DNA of 51,054 bases, counting the filler, from Jimgerdemannia flammicorona (lineage: Eukaryota): the NCBI GenBank assembly GCA_003990765.1. It is 2 parts of 2 records of this genome, joined end to end, with 100 filler letters (N's around TTAATTAATTAA, not from the genome) between each part and the next. Parts side by side here need not be neighbours in the genome. Positions count along the whole stretch, not along the records: positions 1 to 25,478 come from RBNJ01000826.1; positions 25,579 to 51,054 come from RBNJ01000827.1. One strand, written 5' to 3'. Within the stretch, counting starts at the first letter, position 1. Each line of letters begins with the position of its first letter. Made by a program: the position numbers and the translations under genes. The notes under the pieces are model-generated. The model was not told the origin of the DNA. It saw only the letters and a program-made list of their open reading frames with translations, and did not search any database. Shown here piece after piece: positions 17,801-31,589 of the stretch.

Positions 17801-19129
17801 CAGAATATACTGGATAACATTCTTGCTAAGTTTAGGCTATTCTTGATCTAAAGCTCTACTAGCAGAAAGTCTTTAAGCTTTGAGATTAAGGTGCAGCCAT
17901 CTGGCTCTAATAGAAGGGTCTCAGAGATAATTAATTCCTCTCTTTTCTGTGGGGTCTAGGGCTTTCATAAAGTTAGTGGTATCTTCTACCCATCTTTGGT
18001 AAGTTATATGTCTGATGAGAGCTAAGATATCTTCTTCTAAATTATAAATCTTAAAAATCCTTTTTTCTGATTTCTTGGCCTGGCTTTTTTGGATCTGAAT
18101 TCTATTGTCTCCTCTCTTTAGAGTATGGACTGCAACATTCTGACTGAGGTGAATCTTCTGATGTCTATAGTCTCAGCAGTCCATGTCTTCCATGGTTGCA
18201 ATATCTCATTGCTTAGAAATACTGTTCTCAGTTATTGATCTCTTATTGTCTTAGAAATCAGTATTTATCTTAGTTATAGATTGGAGGAAGGGTGGCCAAG
18301 AGATATACTTCTGTTCAGATGAAAAGGCCTTGTCCTCTAGCTCAGCTTTGTAACTTTGTAGTGACTTTCTGGAAGATAGTTGACTATATAACTGTAGTTG
18401 GGAGTTCTAGCCTTCAAGGTCTCTGTTTTTCTTATTGATCCAGTAGATAACACTGGTAGCAGTAATCTTAGAGAGAGTAAAAGACTATTTGATGTAGATA
18501 TCTTTCTAACTAAAAGGCTCTTTCTTGGTATATTTCTTATTTTGGAACAATAGGGATTATACTAGATCCTTCTTCAATATTCCAGAAGTCATTATCTTCT
18601 AGTAGTATTCAGTGAGAATTATTCTAGGAAATTAGTTCAGAGAATTCTTCCTCTTTAGATACTTTTTGTTCAGGAGCCTCTTGTTTGAGAGTTTTTTCTT
18701 CCTTAGATGATTCTTGATCTCAGATGGCTTGTACTTCTGCAGCTTTAGCTGTGGGTGTCTTTGGAACATACCTATACTTCTTTTTTCTTTTTCTGTACTC
18801 AGAGCAGACTATGCCAGGTGAATTTCTTGTCTCAATGATTTTGGAAGAGTGCTCAGCATACTTGTGTCTTTTGAGATAGGTAGAGCATCCTTTAATCTAT
18901 TCTGCAATAGCTCTAATTGTAATAGAGATAGTATTTATAGTCTATACATTGTCTTCTGACCTGTCATCTACTAGATTGATTCAGAGATTGAGCCTGGGAT
19001 CATTTTTATTTTTGAATTCTTCTTTCTCTTCTGTGATAGACTCTTTATTACTGACATATTCTTTCTGAATAGTGACCATCTTTTTCTTCTTTGATTGCTC
19101 ATAGCTGGTCACTTTAACTCTATATTTCT

Positions 19130-21300
19130 TGCCTCAGTAGTTAAACTTGAGTACTTGTGACCAATATCAATAACTGCATTCATTTTCTTCATCTAGTTAG
19201 TACTAAGGATTATGTCATAGGTGACAGCTTCAGTGACAATAGCTTTCAGGATAGAGAGCTGAATGTGTTCCAGAGAGATAGTAATGTTTTGTACTTCTCT
19301 AAGGGGTTGGGTTTAGGCTCCATGTGCTACAATAATGCTGAGATTGGATGGTCCATCAATGGGCTATTAGAGGGTGTCCAGAAATTATTTAGCAATAATA
19401 CAGATAACTACTCCTATATATATGAGGATTTTTGCCTTTTGTTCTCCAATATCTCTATATAGATAAGTGCTGATATATCTCTCTGTAACTTGAATAAGAG
19501 TAAGATCTGGTTCTTGCTATAGGATTGGAACTTGGCCAGTACTAGACCTAGTGGTTCTCAATAGTTTGTTTTGGACTCTAGCTATATCAGTTATAGAAAC
19601 TGCAGGAGAGGAACTTCCATCTTAGCTTCTTGAATCTTTTGCCAGACTTTATTATAGATATCTCTGGGTATGGTCTTTGGGGTGTGCTTCTTTTTAGACT
19701 TCAGGAAAGCAGGCTTTGGTTCTTCTTGCTCCATTTCTTCATCCTTTAGAGGTAGTTCATTTGTTTCAAGAACAAAAGATAAAGGAGACTGGGAAGGTAT
19801 TTCTACTTGCTCTTCTTTATATTCTTCATTTTTTTCTTGAATTCTTTGGCTGATATTCCTGGATGGTCTTTCTACAGGTCTCTTTCTTTTCTCTGCTGGG
19901 TAAACTGTTTTTCTGATAATAACTTTAGCTAGGTACAAGTTCAAGTTACTGTAGTCTTTATTGTTGCTTTCTTCTTCAAAGTCTTTGATAGGATAGGCTT
20001 CTGTCTTCTTGTGCTGAGTTTCATTTTTTCAGTTTGGTAGTTCTGAGTCTCTTCAGTCACTTCTTTTGTTATCACATCCAGTGGTATAGTGTTCAAATTA
20101 TCTACTGGACCTGGGCTCTATCTTAGATAAAATATCTCCTTTCTTCTCATGGTAGCTCCTGTTATCTTTAGGTAGATAACCTTGGTTCCTTTGTAGTGTA
20201 TACTCTCTGTTGTCTTATAGATAGCTCTGATTTTTATATATAGTGAGTTTTTCAATCTGCCCTACCAATCAGTCTAACTTAGAACTGAGATCTTGAATTT
20301 TATTTCTGTTCTTCTTCTATTCTTTAGCTGGTTTTCTTTTCTTAGATCTTTCCTGTCCTTGAAGAAGTCCTTGTAGGACTTTGACCAAGATGTCTTTCTT
20401 ATCATCCTTCTTATAATGATTACTCTAAGTAGTTTCTTATCTGATATTGAAAAATTCTTGGTCTATATCTACTTGCTCTTCAGATCTTCTAATACCTAGA
20501 GTATAGACATACTGAGCAATATTTAGCAGAATCCCATTTATAAAGGTCATTGGATCTATGATGTCTTGATTGGTAGCATTGAACTCAGTAGTATACATTC
20601 TCTTTTGAATTCTTATAAAGAAGGCTCTGAGTGATTCTCCAAGATTCATCTTCATTTCTATGATAGATTCTTGAGCCTTGTAGCAGATCTTATTTCCTGT
20701 ATACTTCTCAATAAGCCAATGGATCATAGCTTTATACTCTGCTAGCCAAGTTGATACTGCATTGATGACTGCCCTAAGGTTTGAGTTTGACTCATTCCTT
20801 GCTTAGGTGAAAATTCCTTTGACTGATTCTCTGAGTTAAGTCTTATAAATGGTAATCTTTCTTTCAGGAGAGAGGTTCTTCAGAGCTGTAATTTCTTCAA
20901 TTCCATGAAAGAATTCTCTTGAGTCTTTTTCTGGATATTCTGCAAATGTTAGCAATGAGGTGGCTATTTTGTTATCACTATCTTCTGATTCTAGTTCTGA
21001 TTCCAATCCTAGTACTGATTCTGATTCTGATTCTGATTTTAATGTTAATTCTGATTTACTTTCTAAATTATTGCTAGAGTTGGAGATACTTGAATATTCT
21101 GAGAATAGTATTGGAGATCTTGGATAAGGTGGAATAGATCTGAGTATCCTTGAAGAGACTACTCCTTGGTCTTCTTATTCTGTAATAACTAGTGGTAGAG
21201 GTTTAATGGTAGAAAATTAGACTTATTCAATGAGGTCTTCAAGTTATTGTATAAGCTTATTAAAAACCCTGGCAGGACTGTCTGTATAATCTGGTTGATC
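19130..21300 (-). pseudogene. Gypsy A gag and aspartic protease region (degenerate)
   Basis: KAKILIYIGV (DTG-like) at ~19400-19440 and ILST..MRKMNAVIDIG..LKF protease C-terminal pattern; gag-like fragments 19591-19944 and 20437-20727 lie between the PBS and PR. Confidence 0.65.
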
Positions 21301-21536
21301 TGGTTGATCTAGTAATAAGTCTATTGATACTGACTGGGAACTTTGTACTGTACTGACTTCTTGTTGAGATCCTTCTGAAGCTAGATAGTTAGTAAGTCTT
21401 GAAGTGATTATTTCTCTTCCTGTCTAAATACTGGTAATGACTAGTTATTTTATAGTGACAGAGATTGGTATTGTATCAAACATATCAGTTTGACTGTAAG
21501 TTCTTGTAAGCTGAAAAGTCATGTTGATTTTGAAAT

Positions 21537-21556
21537 CTTCTCAGTTAAGCCCCATA
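21537..21556 (-). promoter_or_regulatory. Primer-binding site, tRNA-Pro-like (degenerate)
   Basis: tatggggcttaactgagaag next to the LTR; the Gypsy B copy reads tttgaaggcttaactggaaag; both revert by transitions to TGGGGGCTCAACCGGGA. Confidence 0.6.
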
Positions 21557-22672
21557 TCTGGCTTAATGAAAGCAAATTACAAGGTTGGAGATTAATGTAG
21601 TTTGGCTTGAGCCCTTAGTTACTTTATCAAAAAGCAACAAAATGTTCTAAGATTTCTTATTAGTATTTAGTAGTATAATAGTCAAAGCTGGATATCTATA
21701 AATAGTTCTGGCAATTTTCTTTTTGAGATGATTCTTTAAGTATAGTAGTAATTTATATATATATAGCAAACAATCTTTATATAGTATAACAATCTTCAAA
21801 AGTATGTAATTTCTGATAGAACAATCTTAGTATAACAATCTTAGCAGTATTCTGTATATAGATTTGGCAGACAATTTGGATAACTCAGTTTTGGTATAGA
21901 TTCTCTTGAATTGACTCTTCTGGAAATATCAGGTAACTTGATAACTTAGGTAACTTAGATGATACAGATAACTCAAATGACTCAGATGATATAGATTCTT
22001 CCTAAATTGATAGACTTCTGGAGAAATAACTAGGATGATATGTATAGTTTGCAGATTCTTGATAAGTTATATTAAAGACTGGCTCTACTATAAAGTTATA
22101 TCAGATAGTCTGACTTATAGTAAGGTTTCTTATAGTGAACTCTCTGGGAATAGTAGATGGTGCAAATTCTTCCTGAATTGGTAGACTTCTTAAATAACTT
22201 AGGTTCTCTTTAAACTTATCTGATAAGTAAACTAAAATTTAACAGACTCTTTTTTGTATTAAAAAGTAAACTAGAGTGGAAAATAGCTCACAACTTCTTA
22301 GTAGTAGCTTATTAGCATATTTCTTCTCTTAAGTATACCAGACAATTGACTTTTGCTTTTGATTTTTTGAATGAGGTTTATTTACTCTTATCTTTGGAAT
22401 ATATTATATAGTTGTGGTTGCTATCTGGTTACTATATTGCTAATTATAGATTGCTATCTATGACAAGTATTCCTGAATAATATAGTATATTAGACTGGTA
22501 TAGTGTACTGATTTAGTATAGTATATTGATCAGTATAGATAAATATACTATTTCTGATATCTCTGGCTAATTATACAGGTTAATACAGTAAAGCTGTCTT
22601 GGTTGCTTAGGTACTAGATATGATATTTGGTTAATTTATGATTTCAGTAGTATAATTCTACTACTCATTATA
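21557..22672 (-). repeat. 5' LTR of Gypsy A (~1.1 kb) with internal short tandem repeats
   Basis: Homologous to 1177-2969 and, in inverted orientation, to 23916-24982; 9-bp repeats at ~21930-21995. Confidence 0.8.
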
Positions 22673-23915
22673 ATATCTATATCAGATTACTACTTTTTTT
22701 ATATTTGGCAAAAGATTGTCTTCTTTTTCCCAAGTAGTATCATACTTGGGGTATCTTTCTATTTTATAAGATAGTATCAGATGAGCTTGACAGCTCATCC
22801 AAATTAGCAATTCTTGTAATTCAGAATATAGTCTACTTTATATTTTAGTTACTGATCAATAATTACTAGATCTGAAGATACTATGATTCTTTCTTCAAAG
22901 GTGGTTGGAATATATGACTGAAGTTGAGATATATAAAATACTGGGTGAATTTTTTCTAATATTATCAGGAGGTCCAACTTATATATGATAGATTTATATT
23001 TTTCAAAGATCTTAAATAATCTAATATAGTAAGATCCAAGCTTCTTTTTTAGATCTATATTATCTAGAGTCAGATATCAGATACTAAGTAATACTTGTTC
23101 TCCTTTTTTATAAGTAACTTCTCTTTAATTTTTATTAATATATACTACTTATATTCTTTATATCTCTATGAGAGCATTTTATACTCTCTAAATATTGTCT
23201 TATATAGTATTAGTGATTTCTTATATAGTTGGTACTATGGTTTGAGTGATAACTATAGGAGTTCATAGATATTATCTATAGTTCAGATAGAATAATATCA
23301 TCTTAATACTTACACTTGAGCTATTATTATATATAAATTTAGCTAGAGTAAGCTTTTTATTTCAATTATTTTACAAATAGTCATAATAGATACTAAGCAT
23401 CTGTTTCAAAGTTCAATTGGTTCTTTCTATCTGGCCATCTATTTATGAGTAGTATACTATAGATATTTTTAGTTATACTCCTTAGCTCTTAAAGAGTACT
23501 TGTCAAAGTTACTTATAAATTTTGTATCTCAGTCTGAGATAATTGCTGATAGTAGTTTATAAAGATAAAACATATTGTCAATAAATAACTATATTGTTTC
23601 TAATACTGTTGTAGTAGTAGTTATTGTAATGAAGTAGGTCTGCTTACTGAGATAATCAATAAAGACAATAATTACATCTCTTCTTTTCTTGATTTTTGAC
23701 AACTAGATAATAAAATCTATTTCAATAGAATCCTAATTTTAAGTGGAAATTGGTAGTGGCTATAGTGTACTAGCTAGTACCTAGTTGCTAAACTTGTATC
23801 TTTAGCAGATATTACAGGATGCAATATAATTCTTAATATTAGATATTATTTTGAGTCAGTAAAAGTCATAGACAATATACTAGTATGTATATCTTATCAA
23901 ATTTCATATATCTAG
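22673..23915 (-). pseudogene. Chromovirus-type Gypsy integrase plus chromodomain fragment (older element)
   Basis: Minus translation: YIASCNIC, YYS*IDGQIERTN*TLKQML, IHPVFYISQL and YLIK*KDTP..DTTWEKEDNL (chromodomain; local frameshift). Confidence 0.8.
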
Positions 23916-25329
23916 TATAATGAGCAGTATAAATTATACTATCAGAATTATAAAATAACTATATACTATAATAGGTATACTAGATAACCAAGATGGCTTT
24001 ACTGTACTAACTTATATAATTAGCTAGAGATATCAAAAAGAGTATATTTATCTATACCAAACCAGTATACTATACTAAATCAGTATACTATACCAAACCA
24101 GTATACTGTACTGAACTAGTATATTATATCAACTCAGAATACTTGCTATAAATACTTAACTATATAGTAATTAGATAGTAACTATAATATATAAAATACT
24201 CTAGAGATAAGAGTGAATAAACCTCAGTCTGAAATTGAAATCAAAAAGTAAAAGACAAGTCTGCCTACTATACTTCAAGAGATATGTCTGTCAAAGTCAC
24301 TTAATTCTAAAGAAATTAGATTACAATACTTAGAAGAAATATCCACTCTATAGCTATTACTAGAAGATTGTGAGCCTGGTTTCCTTTTTCACTCCAGTCT
24401 ACTTTCTGATATAAAGAAGAAGAAGTCTGCTATATTTTGGTTCACTTGCTAGATAAGTCTAAAGAATCTGAGAAGTCTTCTATCTTGCTATAAAGCTAGT
24501 CTTTTGAAATAACTTTGCTGTAAAGCCAGTCTCTCTTGATGTAACTTCATACAAATAAAGCCAGTCTTTAATGTAACTTTGCTCAGAAAGAATCTATATT
24601 ATCTAAGTTATTTGAGTTATTTACTAAACTAAGTTATCTAAGTTATCTACTAAACTACTTATTAAGGAATCCTACTAAATTTACCATATTATATCAAGAT
24701 TGTCTTATTAGATATTACTTACTTTTGAAGAATATTATACTATAAAAAGATCATTTACTATTATACAAATTGCTACTATATCTAAGAACCATCCCAATAA
24801 GGAAATTGATATATAAATTGACCACTATATTCAGATTTGATTATTATACTACTAAATACTAACAAGAATATCAAGAAATTATAAAATATTTTATTGCTTT
24901 TTAATAAAGTAACTAGAGACTCAAGCCAAATTATATTAATCTCCAATCTTATAATTTGTCTCTATTGAGCCAGTATATTATATTTGAAGGCTTAACTGGA
25001 AAGATTTCAAAATTAATATGACTTTTCAGCTTACATGAACCTACAGTCAAACTGGATATATTTGATATAATATTAATCTCTACTACTACAGGAGAATTAG
25101 TCATCACTAGTATCTAGACAGAAAGAGAAGTAATTATCTTAAGACTTATCAATTACTCAGTATTAGAAGAATCTCAACCAGAAGTCAGTATATGTAGTAC
25201 AAAACCTTCAAACAGTGCTGATAGACTTACTACTACTGAGAGACTTAACTCAATCTGATAATATAGACAGCTCTGCTAGAAATTTTGAAGAGCTTATATA
25301 AGAACTTGAAGACCTTATTGCATAAGCTT

Positions 25330-25334
<5 letters not shown>
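23916..25334 (+). mobile_element. Gypsy B, 5' part (LTR 23916-24982, PBS ~24983-25002, leader), same family as Gypsy A
   Basis: Reverse-complement similarity to 21240-22672; truncated at 25334 by a poly(T)-tailed insertion. Confidence 0.8.
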
Positions 25335-25368
<34 letters not shown>

Positions 25369-25478
25369 CTCATAGTCCTGCAGATTTTTATTGGAAGGAA
25401 ACCTAGACTATATAGGTCAAAACCCTCCCTCACTACCCACCGAACAATATCCCCTCATTATCCTTGGTTTTTAATTTT
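25335..25478 (-). mobile_element. SINE-like element, 3' end (copy 3a), running into the assembly gap
   Basis: 28-nt poly(T) then a match to 7-~100 (tttattggaaggaaacctagactatatagg). Confidence 0.8.
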
Positions 25479-25578
25479 NNNNNNNNNNNNNNNNNNNNNN
25501 NNNNNNNNNNNNNNNNNNNNNNTTAATTAATTAANNNNNNNNNNNNNNNNNNNNNNNNNNNNNNNNNNNNNNNNNNNN
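25479..25578. other. Assembly gap (N run)
   Basis: N characters with a short ttaattaattaa remnant. Confidence 0.99.
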
Positions 25579-26420
25579 CATCAAAGCACAACACAGTGGG
25601 TAGGGCCTGGTTCTCCCAGTCGAGGTGAGTAAAGGACTTACACGTGAGGTGGGAGGAAACCCCCAATACCCCACTACTCAAGCCTGCGGGCCTCGATCAC
25701 ATTGCTGTGTCAGCTCCTGGTTCCAGTTGAGTGCAGCCAAGATGCCTGAAATGGGTAGCCTCGGGCCCCCCGACCCCCCCTGACGACTGGGGCCTCACCC
25801 CGCTACCTGCCAAAAGAAGCCGAGAGTGACACCTACCACCTAACCGCGCCGCACCAATCAAAAGGCCCCACTGAAGCAGCACCTGCCTCAGCCCCGATGA
25901 CCGCCCCCAGCCTGGCACCCTACTGGTTCACTGTAATTGCCCTTCTGCCTATCTGTGACGGCCATCTTCCCTCCCATCCCGACAACACCCAAAAAGCAGT
26001 CACCTATGCCAGAACCACGCTCGCCAGGAAGCTTGCCAAAGCCAGAGGGCCCCACCACAGGCACCGAGGACCTGCAGGTAATCTACACTGAGCACTTGAT
26101 GCCCAAGGTCGGCCAACTCCCTACGTAGCCCGAGACACACTGAGACAACTCCTTGTTGGTGACGGCAAAAGGAAGAAGGTGCCGCACTAAAACAGGTACA
26201 CCCCAGATGTAGCTGAAGGCACCAGAATCCGCGAAAAAGTGGAGGAAGCACCGATCCAACACCGATAAAGGGGCAACTCAGCACCATTGCCCTCCTCCCA
26301 CCATGCCCCTGCAGGCACAGCAAACCAACCCGAGGTAGAGGGGGTAATATTAGGGGAAAGGGGACTCGGAAGGTTGCCTACCAAACCTTGTGACTGGTAA
26401 GGTAGCGGAGAAAGGAGCTG
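25579..26420 (-). mobile_element. SINE-like element, 5' ~840 bp (copy 3b, least mutated)
   Basis: Colinear with 336-1170; ends gagaaaggagctg, the complement of the copy 2 start; retains many CpGs lost in copies 1 and 2. Confidence 0.9.
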
Positions 26421-29400
26421 ATTTATTACTTCATACTCTCCCAGCCAATATTCAGGTGTCTGTACAACCCCTCTCTTCTACTCAATATTAAAGTACTTCT
26501 TACACTCTATAGCACTTCTCTCTATCAGATATTCTGACTGAAAATTTGATATTATATTATACTACAGCAGTCTCAACTATACTATCTAAAACTTAGAGCT
26601 TGCTTTATGACCAAATATCATTCTAGCCCCACTCTTTACTATCTTTATCCTCTGCTCTACCTTTGGCCACAAATCTCTCTCCTGCTCTCAAAGATATTCT
26701 ATACTATCTCAAACTGAAATTATTCACTGATGTACTCTTTAGCAAAAGATGGTCCCACTACTATATCTGGGGTCTCCAGTCTATCTCCCCCTTATTATCT
26801 TACTAGTAGAGACTAATATAATGAGCTTCATCCATCTACTCTCTATCAGAATCTCTGAAAATATATCTTTTAGCTCTTCTCCAATACTATCAGAGAAAGC
26901 AAGTCACTATATATACTATAGAGAGAGAACTATATCTCCCACACTTACTGCATTAGAGATATCTACTTATAGCCCCTCAGCTTACTAGCTTACTTTAGCC
27001 ACTATACCTACAAGCAGTATAGATATTTGAAAAAGTCCCCCAGACTCAACCCACACCAGTCTACTAGCACTATCAATACCTTCTAATCAATCTGACTCTG
27101 TTATTCAGTCTACAACTAGGTTCTAGCCATCTTTAATAACCTCCTGACTACTTATACTAAAAAGTTCAAGTAATATCCTAGATATCACAACTTTGGTAGC
27201 CAATATATATTCAATACCAGCCAGAGAGATATACTAGCCTTTCTACTCTAGAAGCATATTCTCTCATTCTACCAGCTGCTATTCTCACTATCTCCTCAGT
27301 AATAGAGAATCATATACTAAGAAGTAAATTTCCAAATAATACACTACCTCCCCAGCTGAGACAACTGTACTAATTATATTTCTACTTACTATTCCTTTAT
27401 CTAACACTATAGTCTCATACTTGTACTAGTTAAGCTTAGTCTCTGAGCATCTCTCATATTATTTCACAGCTCTCTTCAGTGCTACCACATTTACCACCAA
27501 GTCCAGACTGATTATTATATCATTAGCAAAGGCTCTCATCTTCCAATTCATTTCTAGAATATTCAACTCTCTCACCTTGTACTAAATTCTATCCAACAGT
27601 AGTTCCAAGAAGAGTACTTCTCTGCTCAGGGAGAATGAAACCCCTCTGTATCTATTTACCAGAATACCTGCCTGACTTCCCTTCAGCAGACTGACCAAAG
27701 ACTGATGAAATCCTGGAGGAACTCCAATATACTTCAGTACCCCCTCTAGCCAAACTCACTAGACTCTGTTATATACCTTCTCCTGGTTCAAAAATATCAG
27801 ACAACCATCCACCCCTGCAGTATATGTCCTCTCAATGATACTATATACCTATGCTATCTCATCTCTTATCTGATGGTCACTGTCAAAGCCCCTCTACTCC
27901 TTCCCCAGTATCCATTGGGCCACTCTCTGTAGTCTATCCACTAATATTTTTATAACTAACTTGCAATCTATATTCAGAAGCATGATCAGCCTCCAATGCT
28001 TCTACTCCTCCTATCTCTCCTTATTCTTATACAATAGAGCTATAAGATCTAGATACTGTCTCCTAATCTAAGTCCCAGAGCCAATAACCTCATCACACAT
28101 CTATAATATCTTCTCTAAAACCAACTTGACTCCTACCATCCTCTTCCAGAAATCCTAAGATAAGCTATCCTCTCTGAGGGCTATCTCAAGACTCATCATT
28201 ACCAGTATCAGACAGATCTTCTCTCTTTTGACTGATACTCCAAGTTCATCCAAACTCTATGCTGGGTCTGGATACTAGTCTTTTAGATATCTTTCAATAT
28301 CCAGAGCATCCTCTCTCACTCTACAAATATCTCCACTATGCATTTAACTAGCTCAAGATTCTCTGAGTCCTCACTACTATCTTTTCTATCTCATTCAATA
28401 CTCTCTCCCACTGCTGTCTCACCCTCCTCACCTAAAGAAGTCTCAACAGAAACTTTGTAGGCTCTTCTCTCTCTTCCAAGCTTGACTATCTCAACTAAAC
28501 TACCATACTCTTCATCTATAGGTCCTTCTCCTACCTCAGTAGCCTTTTCAATTCCTCCATCTCAAGCTGGATCTACTGAACCCTTCAATCTCTCTCCTCT
28601 CTATCTGTTAGTAATTCAGCTCACATTATCAACATCTTCTCTAACTACTGAGAAGCCCACTATAACCAACCTCTTCTCTGAGCACTCTTTGCCCTCTCAT
28701 CCTCCTCTCAGAACCATTGAGTATCTAATTTTAACTACTACTATCAATCTTCTATCCCCAGCCCTTTTGCTCTCTAACTATAGATACTGATACTAATGTC
28801 CTCTATCTATACATTCCATAAGAAGAGCTCTTTCAGTAATGATATATTTAGGTGTCAATGTCTAGACCCCTCTCTACTTCCCCTAAAACTATAATCCAGA
28901 AGCTCTCAATAATTCAACCATGGGCACCAAACTATCTTCAAAGCTTCTCAGATATCTCTTCTCCAATACTCAGCAGTTAAGATCCAGTCAATCCTCAAGT
29001 TCAGCCCAGCTATCCAGTGAGTATAAACCCTGCAATCTCCTCATCTAAGTTACTCTGTATCCACCAGAGAGCTCAGACTTTTGATCTCCTTCCAGCCTTC
29101 CATTCCTCTACTCCTAAAAGCCATCTCCCTCTCCCCATCTATCCTGTCCAATAACCCATCATGAATTATATTAAAGTCTCCACCCAAACAGTCTATCCCT
29201 ACCTCTACTATAATATCTATATCTCATAGTCCTCTTATCCACTTCAAGTATGCCCCCTTTTCTGCCAGACAGTAATATGATCTAACAGTCAAGAGACTCT
29301 AGCCTGGCCTTCTCCATACTCTCTATACTACTCTACTACCCCAGTATCTGATGTCCCCAATGTCTCCCTTACTCTTCTGAACTAGAATACCCACCCTTCC

Positions 29401-31584
29401 TCTCTATATGACCACTCCCCCCCATTCCTTCATCTAGTCCAGCATTTCCAAGTCTTCTTTACATCTTATATCCTACAGCAAGAACAGATTAGTATCCAGT
29501 TCCCTCAGCTAGTAGAAAATATTCTGACATCTCACTATATCTTACAAATCATTGATATTTAAAGAGAAGATTCTAGTTATACTGTTCATATTGAATAATG
29601 TTTGAAGATAGATCCCCTACTCTATAATTCCATACTCACTATATTATCTGTCACATCTAGATTTCTCTCCACCTCAATCTCATCTACCTCCTTCTGCTGA
29701 GTATTCAGCACCTCTAGAATCTCCTGATAATCCTTATCATCCTGTACCTCTATTGAAGACCTATACTCCTTGCACACTATCTGCCACTTTGCCAATCTCT
29801 TCCTGGAGCCCTACAGATAAGACATATGATTATTTACAATTATCAGAAGAACTGTCTCTCTGTTATCATCTATCTCATACTTCTCTGCCTCTAGCAGAAC
29901 TACCATCAACTCATCCTAGAGCTTTCACACCATCTTATCTCCTTACAAGATATCATCACAGTATCTCTCACTAATAATATAAAAATCCACCTCATCTAAC
30001 TCATTAGCTATAATATTTATCAGTACCTTCTACAACTATCTCTTATCTCCAATAGCCTCATCTATTCTCAGGACTACCTCCAGCCTCTCAGCTCCCTGAC
30101 TGCTATTAGCATTTATCCTCACCAACTCATCCTAGTCCTCTTCTAGCACATTCTATAGCTCATTCATTCTCTCACTCCCTATAGACACTCTATACTGAAC
30201 TTGGGTCCTCTCTACCATTATTTTATCTTCAGCCACTACACTCTGTTCTGGGTCTCCACTCTTCTCCAGAGTTGCTTTCTGAGCCACTCTATTCTCCCTT
30301 GCCTAGGCACTTATCTTTAATCAGCTCTCTTAGTAAAATTCTCTCCCTTGGCCCTCCTTTCCAAATTCACTAACAAATCGCCTCTCTTGAGCCCTCTCTC
30401 AGGTAGCCCAATCTAGTTGCACTCTCTTGCCATTTACAGTCTCCACTACTATCTTAGCCTCAAACGTCTTTTAGGCCAATCATCTCCTTTTAACAGTACC
30501 AGCCAAATCTTCCAATATCTCTAGCAAGTCCTCCTCCTCCTCTAGTATTCCCTTTATTCTTGAGATCTTATACTCCACTGAGCCCCATTTAAGTGCTACT
30601 GGTAAATCTCATCATTCTCCTTATCTACCAGTCTCACCCTAATATCTACATTCTCTGTCCTAAACTCTGTACCTTTCCAGACCTAGAATCCAACATCCAC
30701 TATATTCCCATACTCCTTAATAGCATCAACAATCAGTCTTCTAACTATCTCCTTCTTCACCTTAAGCACATTTGCTACCACTAGCTGATTCTTCCAAGAG
30801 TCTCAGAGTAAGTATCTAGCTATAGAAACTACTATCCCCTCTATCACTACTCCTTTCTCCAATACTTCCAACATCAAATCCTCCTCCTCAAAGCCCACCT
30901 CTACTCTTTCCAGTCTCTTTAAGAACTTTATCAAGACTATTCACCTCCTAAGCCAGAAGTCTCAGAATTATTTTAGCTATAACTACTAAACTCTAGAAGC
31001 ATAGTATAACTACAAATTTAGATACTAATTTCTTAAGTAATAGTACTACCACCAGATATGTTACACTATCAGCCAGGTCTCCAGTTCTCATGCCCCCCCC
31101 TCCCCCCCCTCTATTCTGACCCACTATCAGCTATCATATTTGGATTTTTTTTTTTTAGATTAGTAGTCTCTCTTCTATCAGCAGTCCCACTTTCCTTAGC
31201 TCCTACTATTTCAGCTCTACCACTACCACTACCTTGAGCTACTCTATCAGATTCTATAGCCCCCTCCTTTCTCTTTTCTCGTTACAGCCAACTCTCCAAT
31301 CCTATCAATAAATATCCTGCCTTGACCTTTTCAGTAAAGCTCACTTTTCTAGTCTCTTATCTACTAGCTCTATCTCTTCTACCCCCTTATCTACTAGATA
31401 GAGAGCCCAACAAGCTCTTCTCCCAAGCTATGACTTCTTTCTACATACTATTAGTCAAATACCCTGCCCAGCATACTCTTTAGATTACTTGTTAGTCACT
31501 ATATTACTATTACCTTTTCTTCAAAAATGATGTTGAAAGTATTGTCAGAAGTTTGTATAACCAAAATAATACTGATAAAAGATA
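26421..31584 (-). mobile_element. LINE-C: degenerate L1/Tx1-like element with intact 5' end, 3' end cut by copy 3b
   Basis: ORF2 ATG at 29589 (IFSLNINDL), GGDFN, RIDWI, FLNQEKVYN, AFAND; ORF1 remnant and 5' UTR similar to LINE-B. Confidence 0.85.
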
Positions 31585-31589
31585 TCTTT

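Noticed and set aside
24061..24130. Regularly spaced repeats superficially like a CRISPR array
   Set aside because: Adjacent tandem units without unique spacers, inside a eukaryotic LTR.
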